Assembly: GCA_047967505.1 (NCBI GenBank)
Contig: CM106538.1
DNA: 64,000 bases
From: Dipteris shenzhenensis
Lineage: Eukaryota
Strand: one strand, 5' to 3'
In this document: positions 24,401 to 36,192 of the stretch, piece after piece
Layout: every line of letters starts with the position of its first letter
Position numbering within the stretch: the first letter of the stretch is position 1
Notes under the pieces: generated by a model
Seen by the model: only the letters and a program-made list of their open reading frames with translations
Databases searched by the model: none
Told to the model about the DNA's origin: nothing
Made by a program: the position numbers and the translations under genes

Positions 24401-27170
24401 ACCAGGGGAGAAGCAACAATAGCAACCCCTAGGCCAGTCAAGGAATCAGAGCTCATAGAAACAAAGAATATTGAGGATACCCCAGTTTATGAAGGACTAG
24501 CCAAGACAAGGAAACTGAATCTTGCCTTTTACAGAGAAGAAGAAAAGCCTATATACATCAGTGAACAGCTCACTCCAGAAGAAGAAAAAGAATTAAAAGC
24601 ATTGTTGATGGAATATAGAGATTGGATGGCTTGGTCCTACAAAGAATGAAAGGGATTTCCCCTAAAGGTGCAATACATATCATACCAATAAGGGAAGGAT
24701 CCAAATCAAAGGTATGCGGACCGTACAGGACAAATCCCAAGTATGGCATGTCTATTAAGAACTAGAAAAATTACTGGATGCTGGTTTCATTTATGAGATT
24801 GAGCATATCGATTGGGTGTCACCAATTGTGATTGTTCCTATTTAAAAAAAGGATCTTAGAATATGTGTGAATCTCAAGAACATCAATGCAACAACAATCA
24901 AAGATCACTATCCCCTACCATTGACTGAAATAATTTTAGAAAGGGTAGCGGGGTTTGAAGTGTATAGCTTCTTGGATGGGTTCAGCGGGTACAACCAAGT
25001 ACAAATTGTACCTCAAGATCAGGCAAAGTCCACGTTTGCCATAGAATGGGGCATTTTTGCATACAAAGTCATGCCATTCGGCTTATGCAATGCCCCATCC
25101 ACTTTTCAAAGGGTCATGTACACCGCCTTCAAGGAATTTCTCAACAAGTTCCTACAAGTCTTCCTCGATGACTTGTGTGTACACTCAGGAAAAAAGGATC
25201 ACTTGAAATGCCTTGAAGAAGTACGAAAAAAATACAAGGAGTATGGAATCTCTTTGATTCCTCTAAAATGCCAATTCTTGGTCACACACGGAGTAGTCTT
25301 GGGACACAGTCTCTTGACATGGGATTGCAATTGACATGGACAAAATAAAGATCTTCATGGAACTTTCCCACCACTAAATGCCAAGGGTGTCCATGTCTGC
25401 ATGGGCCATGTCGGATACTATAGAAGGTTCATACTTAGGTATGCCATGATTGCAAGACCCCTATATAAGCTCCTAGTCTACTTCATTTCAACAGACGAAT
25501 GCAAACAAGCATTCGAAACCCTCAAGTGGAGATTGATCATAGACCCTGTTCTAATGGCACCAAATTGGGACATAGAATTTCATGTACATACTGATGCTTC
25601 CAACTATGCAATAGGGAGTGTGTTATGTTAGCTTGGCAAACACAACAAAGACTATCTAGTATACTTTGCAAGCATACTGCTAAATGATGCAGAGGTGAAT
25701 TAATCCACAATAGAAAGAGAAGCCTTGGCAATGATCTATAATGTGAAGAAATTTCGACACTATCTATTGGCTACTGACTTTATCTTCTACATAGATCATC
25801 AAGCCTTATTATATCTTGTGAATTGACCATGTACCACATGCTGGATCACTCGATGGCTTCTATTGCTACAAGTATTCAATTTCAAAATCATGGTGAGAAA
25901 AGGAGCTCGATCACATGTCATGATTGAGGACAAGGGAAGAGGCGAAAGGAATAGAAGATGACCTACCAGATGCCGCATTATTTCAAACATATGCTATGCC
26001 TGACTAGTGTGGAGACATCATTGGATACTTAAAGGCAGGAAAACCACCTCCTAAAATGAAAGTAGTGGATGCCAGAAAACTAATTCTAAAAGCTGCACCC
26101 TATCAACTCATTGCAGAGCAACTATACAAGATGGGCAAGGACCACGTTTTAAGGAGATGTGTAATGCCACATGAGATCATGCCAATCTTCAGCAAAGCCT
26201 TGTGAGTGGACATTTCCAAGGGGAAGCAACATCAAGAAAAGTTTTTTTGCAAGATACTAGCCAACACTTTGGGCAGATGCCTGTGAATATGTCAAAAGCT
26301 ATGATGTATTCCAATGGACTACTAAACCACAACACAAGGACTTCAATCCTCTAACAATAGTTGCTGTAACCATTTGAAAAGTGGGGGATTGATTTTTTGG
26401 GTCCCGTCCATCCAGCAGCAAAGGGAACACAGGCATGCCACATCATTGTGGCCACTGATTACTTTACCAAATGGGTTGAAGCTAAAGCAATAAAAAAGGC
26501 AGATGCCAGAAGCAGCACAAGGTCCTTGTACGAGAATGTGATCATCCGATTTGGATGTCCCATTGAAATTGCGTCAGATAGAGGCAGACATTTTGTTAAT
26601 GAGTTCATCAAGAACTCTTGTCTGGCTTTATGGTGATCCATTGAAAGAGCACACCTTGCTATCTCCAAGGGAATGGACAAGCCAAATCCACCAACAAAAT
26701 ATTATGCATTGTCCTCACCAAGGTAGTAGAACCACACTCAAGGTCAGTACAGGGAATACATCTTTTCAATTGATGTACGACCTTGAAGCTCTGGTTCCAC
26801 TGGAATTTGTAATACCCAGCCTACACATAGTAGTACAAGAACATATGGGAGATCATGCATCCCTAAAAGAAAGACTCTAACAATTAGAGAAGCATACATA
26901 GACCAGATTAGTTTCCTAGCATGCCATGACAAGAGAAAAATGAAGAAGGAAGGCATGGTTTGATAGAAACTTTAAAGACAAAGACATCAAGGAAGGTGAC
27001 TTGGTTTGCTGTACGATACCAAAGTCCACAAGGGCAAACTCAAATTTCTAGGTCAAGGACCTTAGAGTCAAGAAAATGAACCCCATCGGAGCTGTGCTAC
27101 TAGAAACACTGGATGGAGTCCAGTTCACAACAACACTAAATGGGAGCCGACTAAAGTGCTACTACATCAA
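21450..27170 (+). mobile_element. Degenerate Ty3/Gypsy retrotransposon, non-chromovirus (Athila/Tat-like): gag, protease, RT, RNase H, integrase
   Basis: Protease AIVDGGASVN (~23150); RT KDHYPLP...FLDGFSGYNQ...MPFGLCNAPSTFQR...FLDD (24870-25200); RNase H HTDASNYAIG (~25590); integrase IIVATDYFTKWVEA...SDRGRHF (26440-26600); C-terminal NGSRLKCY. Many stops and frameshifts; LTRs not resolved. Confidence 0.92.
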
Positions 27171-28459
27171 CATGCAAGCCATCCTCAACAATAACAAAAA
27201 TTTGGGGGCCCCAAGTCTTCCATAATTAGGACTAGATTATATCACGAGCACTCACTAGCATATGTACAACTTCACACATATAGGTAGTTTCAACCAATTT
27301 TAACCTAGGGCTCAGAGGTGATGTGACTGAGTCCTAGTTACCCTATGATTCTCTTGGCAAATCAAGCATATGAGAGGAATGCCCGCCTCACTAGTTATGC
27401 ATAGGGCACCCACACATTTTGAGCACCATGAATAAATTGCACAAATAAAACCCCCAAGAGATACTTGCTTTGATCCACACACATGGCACTCTCATCACGA
27501 AAATAGTAAAATGCATTAGCCACTCACAAAAGAAAGAAGCATTCTTAGCACATGGCACTGTCAAATTGGGACCTGATTCATGTGTGAAATGCTAGGGTGG
27601 ATAGTTCAATAAGATGGGAAAAAGGCCTACAATGCCATCGACAAAGTGACACCATGCCAAACGACCCAAATCTCAACCTCAATAGCCATCCTCAAATCAC
27701 CAACCTAAAGAAGGACAAGATCCAGAATCACCAACCCAGAGGTCAGCACCAAAATGACCATGGCTAGTGGTTCTGGATATTGATACTGATGAGCAAATAA
27801 ATGCAACATGTCAAGGAGATATACCATAGAACCTAAGGGCCCTAGAGTTAGGAGAGATCGAAGCAAAGCAATTGACTATGCAGGATGGAGGTGAAGAATA
27901 GCTTGATGGCCCAACCAACAAAGAGCTAGCAACAAATGAAACAATACACCTTGTATGGCCACGATCTCAATGTTCACCACGTGACTCGATGCATACGACT
28001 TCTTGCAGTCAAGGGGTCTAGGAAGTCTTTTTGAGAAGCTACAATCCTACTTACCGACACCTCATCATGCATGGTCATAGGAAAACATGCCTCAATGGTC
28101 TTCTAGCCATGCAAATGGTATCCTACTTTGCACGGTGAGTTTATGGCCATGCAGAGTATCAGTCTCATCAGTACCATTTTGCATGGTGAAGAAACCATAT
28201 TTTCTTGTTGCACCACACGATTGTAGGAAAACATGCCTCGATGGTCTTCTAGCCATGGAAATGGTACTTGATGGTCATAAAGGCATTTTGATGGGGATCA
28301 TGCATGTATATCAAGGATTGTATGATTGCTCATGTATAGAAACTATATTCCTCCCAATTCATCAAAATCGATTTGCGATTGACTGTGCTTTTCTTTCTCT
28401 TCTCAAGCTATATCTTGTTGTCCTATTATTTTAATGGGTTTTCCAAGTGGACCGATACT

Positions 28460-29208
28460 TTGCATGTCCAAATTTTGTGCAAGAGATACTCAAAAGATCT
28501 TTCAAAGATGGTATATGAGCAACACAGGCGTTTTCTTCCAATGGACCATCCATATCATGTGGATCCATCTTTTACAGAGGCAGAACTAGCTCCTATTCCT
28601 CCAATCTTGAGATTTAGTTATTGGGAGTGACTTTAGCATGATCCAGAAGTCTAAGTACCTCCACTTGGCATGCAACATCTTTCCATATTTTACACTCTTC
28701 CTTATTGGAGGCAACATAAGGTCACATATCTATTGGACCCAATGTTATATTCAAAATAATGTCAAAAAACATATGATTAGGGGATGATTAGGGATAGAGA
28801 CAACCCAAAAGCATGAGCTAACTTGAGATTGATGAAAATCAAAAGAGCCTTCCAACCAAAACAAAACCATGTCAACAAGGTGATTTTATCAAAGGCAAGA
28901 TGGGTGTTGACAAAAGTAGAAGAGACCTAGGTGAAGAGCATTATTACAGGTACAAAAACCCCAAGCAGTACATGCATAACTTAAAGGGTGCCTGTACTTC
29001 AATGGAAAACTAGGTGGTCTAAAGTTGCATGGGTGGTACAAAATAATACAATAACATTATTTCCACTTGATTTCAACCCATTTTTAAACTCTTGTTTCAA
29101 TTTTATAGACAGCTCATTGTTTCTATAGGATGTACTTCCCATTGCTTTGCAGCGATGTAGTACTAAAGATGCATGGAAGGACATCAACAAACTCAGTGTG
29201 TTTGTTAG
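28460..29208 (+). pseudogene. CACTA/EnSpm TnpD (Tnp2) transposase remnant
   Basis: YEQHRRFLPMDHPY, SIFYTLPYW...LLDPM, TKTPS and DVLPIALQ...INKLSVFVR, followed by a GTATGT donor. Confidence 0.8.
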
Positions 29209-30698
29209 GTATGTCATAGGGTCTGCAAATGCATGTCTAGTTTCCCTTGTCATTGCAAAAGTGGGTTTCATTGCTTACCAACCTATAAATGCAAGTGGAT
29301 ATTATCAAAAGGATCAAGAAATCATTCATTTTGGTTATGGTACTTCTTGCCATCAAAGCCAATCTTTTATTTTTTGACTAAATTAGGTGACCTTTGCCTG
29401 TAGCATAAGGTTCATTTTTTCTAGTAGGAATAATCAAATTTAGGATAATTAACTAGGCCAAAATTATTTTATTGGGACTTTGTAAACTCATTAGCATACA
29501 AATTGAGTGATAATAATGAAAAACAAAACCAAAACCATGTGGATAAGCTCAATATTGCCTTGATTTGTGTACATAACTCAACCCTTAAAAAAAACCCCTA
29601 ATTCTAGCTACCTCAAGAATGCCAAAGAAAATGTAACCTATGGAGAGTGTATTTATGAATATCAAATTAGAACACATGCCCGTATTTACTGATTGTGCTT
29701 TTATGGCTTTAATACTTGCATGCTGTAACATAATTAAACAATGGACTCAAATGCTAGCATGGGAAGCCTTAATAGTTTGTATAGAGAAATTTATTTATCG
29801 ACTCACATTAGGTCTAAGTTAATGCACTATTCAACTCACTTTAATGTTAGAGGCATGTTCAAGGATTATTGTAAGCCTCATTCACATCTAGAGGTGATAA
29901 AGTTTGCTATGGGCATGGCCACATTGTTACATATTATACCTCACATATCGTGCACATAGGCATTTCATAGTATTTAATGCTTTGCATCATACTTTTTTTC
30001 AAATTTGAATATAATTGATTCTCTAAGACCTCCTTCTATGAGTGGCATATTTTCAGTAAGTGTCGATCTAAATCCAAATAAGATGTAAATTTTGGAGGAC
30101 TACTATTGTCATTGTTCATTAAATTAAAAAAGTCAACCAATATGTTGAAAGTTGTAAGATTCACTAATAAAATAATACAAGGTATGAAAATGTTAGTATT
30201 GGGTGTCAAAATTCACAACATATATGTTCTTTACACAATTTCATGTTTTTTGGCTTGGGCTAGAGGAAAAAAACAAACTATTTTAGCTCACCAAATCACA
30301 TGGCATACTTACTACTTATTACAAATGTTCAACAGAGTATGCATGTTATATTAGTTCCATGGTTCTTTCAAAAAGAGGGAGTCCATAAAAATAAAAAAAT
30401 AAACAATTTTGAGTATCTTGTACTAATGATCTAAATGTATTATTTTTTACTATGATGAAAAATGGATATGTATAGCTACAGTATCATGAGTGTTAATAAA
30501 AAATCAACACATCATGTGCTCACATGATTTCATGCTTTGTAGTTGTAACCAGCCTTTTAAAAAGTAGTACGTTAAAAAGGTCCTTTTAAAGGCTATATCC
30601 TCTAAGATTCATTTTAAAATCTAGAAATGGAACACATGAAGGAAATGATGCAATGAGACACCAGTTACCATTATTGTGATGTCGTTCTTTATAAACAT

Positions 30699-30918
30699 GA
30701 ACACACTAAAAATATACTCTCGTTAGCCAGTAATATTAGCTAGTCATTATAAGTCCATTGAATAATACAAATAGCATATAGACACGAACACACTAAAAAT
30801 ATACTCTCTTTAGTCATTAATATTAGCTAGTCACTCTATGTCCACTAAAATTATACACTCTTTAGTCATTAACATTAGCTAGTCACTCTATGTCTAATGA
30901 ATAATGTAAATAGCATAA
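30699..30918. repeat. Short degenerate tandem repeat, three units sharing TATTAGCTAGTCA
   Basis: GAACACACTAAAAATATACTCTC...TTAGCTAGTCA recurs near 30700, 30786 and 30845. Confidence 0.8.
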
Positions 30919-31065
30919 AATAGGGGCTTATAATAGAGTTTGAAATATAGAGCTCTACTATCTACATGCATATATCTACATGCATAATAAGAAAACACAC
31001 ATAATCTCAATATTGTACTATAGATAGGTCCCATCAAACGAACTATTCAAAGTGCACATGTGATG

Positions 31066-31126
<61 letters not shown>

Positions 31127-31779
31127 ACAATCTCTTGACAATTTGAATAAATTACATAGGTATAGCTTCCCTTAAAATTTCAAATGATTCATGGGGGACC
31201 TTCCAATGCATTCAAAAGTCACCTCATGATTAATCCATAGTTGTAAGGTGTGATCCAATATAGTATCTTATTTTGTGCCACTACAATTCTTTATGTTATG
31301 TGTAAAGAATGTCTCTAATTGACATTGACATGAATGAACATGATATCTAAAGGTTATCTAGCCACCAGTTGAGTGTCCATGGATTTAAATAAATCTATAG
31401 GCTAAGTCATCATATTGCTTGGGAGAGTATCTTCTTCTCCCTTAGGTTTCCATTCTATATATGTGAGTATCATAAAATTTCTATATATATATATATATAT
31501 ATAGTAGTTCTCCATTGTATATTATGAGTATACATAAACTTACATATATGTATTAGTTTTTGATTGTATATTTGCGATTGTACATAAACGTTATATGATG
31601 TCCTTCAGAACAATGTAGATTACTTGCAATATACATCCCTTGTCTCCTTTCAAGTTGATAACTTAGCCAAGCTAAAGATATAGATTTAAAAAATCATCAT
31701 ATGCACTTTTTTAAGGTGGAGCTTTCATGCTATAGTGTACAAATGCAAAAAGATGATATACATGTTTATGTGGAGTGGA

Positions 31780-32740
31780 GTGTGCTTGGACATATGCATG
31801 GTCACATGTCTTCATGTTTGCATGTGCACACGCATGCACATGCTCATGCGCATACACACACAAGTGCACGTGTGCGCATGCACATGTAGGACACACGCAC
31901 GTAGATGTACACGCATTGGGGCACACACATGTGGGTTTGCATGTGTAAAAATATACATATGTGTACTTTTGCATGCATGTACTTATGTAAGTATAGCATT
32001 ATATGCACATGTGCAAGCTTGGGACATACAAGCATTAGACCACAAGTGTGCACATTTACTGTAACATTTGCATGTGCATGTGTATATGCATGCATGGGTG
32101 GGGGTGTGCATGTGCATGGGTGTGTGCGCGCACATGTCTAGCATATGTACACTCATGTATGTGCATGAATGCATGCATGCATGTGTGGTTTCAGCACAAA
32201 AAGAAAGTATGCACGTGTGGTGGAGGAGGTGTATACATACATGCATTTGTGCAAGTGTGTGCTGTGGGTGGTCTGTACTTGAGTACATTTGTTCAAGAAA
32301 ATTGTTGGTGTTTTGTGTGTGCGCGTCTATGCCACGCATGTGTACACATACACGTGTAGAGGCATTCATGCATGTACAACTACATGCACTTGTGTGCATG
32401 TGCATGTGCATGTGTGTGTGTGCATATAAATGTGCACATGTGTGTGTGCATGCGTAAGCATGTATGTATAGATGTGTATGTGCGTATGCTTTCATGTACA
32501 TGTGCCTGCACTTGTGTGCATGTGCATGTTAATGTGCACATGTTAACGTGCGCATGTTAATGTGTGCATGTATGTGTGTGCATGCGTGTGTGTGCATGAA
32601 TGTATGCATGCACATCCATGTGTTCATACCCTATCCATACACAAATACATGTATGTGTACATGCATCTAGTGTGCGTATATACATCTATATGTGCACATG
32701 TTTTATGCGTGTCCATGCATGTGTACATATTTGGTGGATG
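31780..32740. repeat. About 1 kb of alternating purine-pyrimidine low-complexity sequence (TGCATG/TGTG/CACA)
   Basis: Directly visible. The overlapping His/Cys/Val-rich ORFs here are compositional artefacts. Confidence 0.9.
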
Positions 32741-35632
32741 TTAGAGAGAGAGAGTGGCGTATGCATGAAATGGAAAGAAAGTAGTGTAAATCCTTTTATT
32801 TTAAATTACAATGTTCTTTGTCCTAGCTTGAAAAATCTATTTTTATTGTTACATCTCCCCATGAGGCCAAAAAGCTAGGCAAAGGTTTTGATGTGGTAAG
32901 AAATGATATAGTAGGGCCATAGTTTAGACATTCTAAATTGTAGTATGAGGGCTACTCATTTTTATTTGTTCAATTGGCTTTATTGCTTTTTGGGAGGGGG
33001 AATTACTTTTAAATTGATAAATTTTATAGGCTTATAAGCTCCGCTCTTTTATATGTGTTGTTATTTTGAAACCAAGGTCACATGGTTGTCTTCTAGATGT
33101 ATATGGCATAATTTATCTTGAGCATTCTTTTGGGTGTTACATGTGTTACCCTATAGACACAATTAAGGGCAAGTTGGACACAAAAATCAAATCATGCTTT
33201 CCAAACCTTCATTCGGGGGATTTCCAATATAAATGTGTGAAACACTCACATTTTCCTTAATGACACTATCAATGTACAAAAGATTCATAAATTCAAATAT
33301 CTTTAAAGTAGAAGGATAGACTTGCGAGATTATTAAAGCCTTGAATATCTTTCATTAAATAAAGTGCCCCACCTATGCAAATCATTGTTTGTACCACCAA
33401 CTTTGTCCATAACAAGACTAATCAGAGATACCACATCATGCTAGGCTAATACTTTTGGCAAAATTTGTCACACTTTCGGTGTTACAAGACTTGGTTGTAT
33501 GCTTGTTGAGTGTGAAGAATTAACCATTAAGATAGACACAAAATACTAGCTTTGCATAACATTATGGGAATAATGTCTTGTTCTCATGTCTTATGGGCCA
33601 CTGATCAAGCATCCCATTGGAATTCTCATAAAAGCCTTTGGGTTTTTTGAGGACTTCTACATAAGGGAGGGCAAGAGGCAAGTGATACAAGGACATGGGG
33701 TTTCTATAGGGTGGTGGATGTGTGGGTCATGGTACGTTGTATAGTTGAGGGAAAGCAATATGATGGATGATAAAAAGAGATCAAATAGATCTAGGACTTG
33801 TCGTAAAATAAGTCTTGCATTTCATACAAAAAGTACAAATCTGTGTGGTGGAGATGAGAGCTTACAATCTCAAGCTTCAAATGCAAGCATCCTATGGCCA
33901 AAGGCCATACAATCCAATCTAATGACCTCATAGACACTTGGCACCCACCCTTGTCCGTTGTATTAAAAAATTAAAATCATTATCTACAAATTTCTTGTGG
34001 GAGTATACTCAATTGTCTTAAATGCTAATGTTGTATGTTGAAGTTGTTCAAGAGTCACACCATATTAGCTCTAATTGAAGCTTATAATCAACATCTCTAG
34101 GCTATATCTGGGGCGTGATGAGCCTAGTTACTACATGGACAGGTAGAATTTCCCCTTTCTTGGGGAGTCACATCATGCTCTACACTCTTTTGGAGGTCTC
34201 AAATTTATTTGAGAGTTGAAAATATATGGGCCTTCCTACCTTCTAATCCATTCTTCAAACCTTGCGCACTTTCTCTAAATGAATGACACAAATGAGCGAG
34301 GAAATTTCCCATGAACATGTGAATCCAACAATAAATGAATGTGCTTTCAAGATTCCAATAGAGTAGGTACAAAGTGAGTAACTATGAGAGATACCCTAGC
34401 CCCACCGTAACCCACCATGATGTCTAAATTGTACCATAATTATTAATACATGTAGTTTGCAAGAGGCTTGATTTGAGAGTGACCCCAGGTAGGTGGAATG
34501 ACAACCCTGCTAAAATGGAAGTATTTGGGTAGGGAAACTATGTGGGGACATACATAACGTGGTCTGTCCAAGGGACAATGGTGATTTTATTGCTTAATAA
34601 ATAAAGGTCGGATTTCTACAAGAGATGCTAAAGTAAGATGCAGTTCTCAAGGATAGGCTTAGTACAACCTGCATTTATTATGCCTAAAAGTTTCACTAAA
34701 GGGGACCTTTGAATTGCCTTGCTAAAATTCCTCAAAGAATATTGCCCTTATCTTGCTTTATTGTAGTGATCCTCTTTAAGCTGGCGTCCTCCCTTGCAAT
34801 AGCAAAAATCAAAGGAGACCAGTTGTTCATAGTATTTGAGTATTCCCTACTTAAGTATTTATTAAAGTATAAAGGTACAAAGTGAAACCTGAATTGCTAC
34901 ATAGATAGGCCCTTACAATAGCTTTAACCATGTACTAGTTGATGTTTGCCCATGGTTTCATCACTAATTGTGATCTATGACTTGTGGATGTACTTAGGTT
35001 GAGGGATGGTGACCCTTGTGGTTATGTATCACAAAGAGCCTTCTTGTTTCGCATGAGACAGGGAAGGCAACATTGTTGCCTCTAACTTCAAGGCCTTACC
35101 AATGGTCAGAATGGTGTCATTATTCAACTTGTCGTATATGATCTCCACAAGGTGCTTCCCTTATAGGCCTATTGGGGGGCTAGATAGACATTGTGATCGT
35201 AAGTTATCCTATACTGATAATAACTGTAAAGGATTGTTGGATCTTTGGCATCTCTCCAGACTTATTGTTGGACTAGAGATTGTGTCCTTAAGTTGTCCCA
35301 CATCATTAGCAATTCCAAAGTGTTATTGGTTTAAGGATTTAGTCTCCCCCCTCCCCCCCCCCCCCCCTCTCTCTCTCTCCCCCTATGTGTGTTTGTGTGT
35401 GTGTGTGTGTGTGCGCACGCATGTGTGTGCAGGCATGTGCATGTGCACACATGCATAATTCTCACACATGTGCATGTATGCACACTTGTATGCTTTGTTG
35501 CTCTTTTGCCTAAGAAAGGAATAGTTGGGCTATACCATTCAATGAGTGTAAAGCTAGTGTTTAACTATTGCATTATGCCAAACCAAATTAAAAGGGGTAG
35601 AATTCAATGAGGGTTCAACTAAATGGATAGTG

Positions 35633-36192
35633 CCAATCAGGACCGCCATCGTTAAGTTGGCCACTAGAATTGAGGGGAGCTTCCACATGCCTAATGGGAC
35701 CCCAGCGTGAATTCTTGAACCACTTGGCATTTCTACATAGGATGGTTAGCAACATCCCTTCCGCACATCTTGTAATCTCGCCCACCAGGCCAAGTTGTGT
35801 CTCAACAAGGCCATTTCGGCCCTCAGTTCCTTGTTCCACTAGATCTTGCATGTCTCATGTCTGTGCCCCGTTGCTCTTCTTGTAGTTTCGGGGCCTTCAA
35901 GCTCCCATGGCACGTAGTGCATTCTTTCCCTTCCCCCCTCATCGGCCCAGCTCGGGTTCAAAGTTTTGGTCATTCTCACACTGGTCAAGGCTTACTTCAG
36001 AGACTTTAGTAGGGTGGTAGGACAGGAGGACCGAGTTGTACACCTTGCTATTTTAGATGTGGAGCGTACCTCTATAGGGTAGTACCAAGTTGGTCACAGC
36101 GTGGGCCTTAGGTCCCTAGACCCTAGTTTGGGAGAAGTTTTGTCGTTTTGACCTCCTAATTAATAAACTCGGAATTTTACCCCCTCTAAAAG
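35633..36192 (+). mobile_element. 560-bp non-LTR retroposed insertion flanked by a 16-bp target-site duplication
   Basis: AACTAAATGGATAGTG at 35617-35632 and 36193-36208. AATAAA lies about 30 bp before the 3' end, followed by a short A-rich terminus. Confidence 0.75.

Noticed and set aside
31701-32878. Many overlapping Cys/His-rich ORFs (also at 12352-20244)
   Set aside because: Products of CA/TG/CT microsatellites that lack stop codons.
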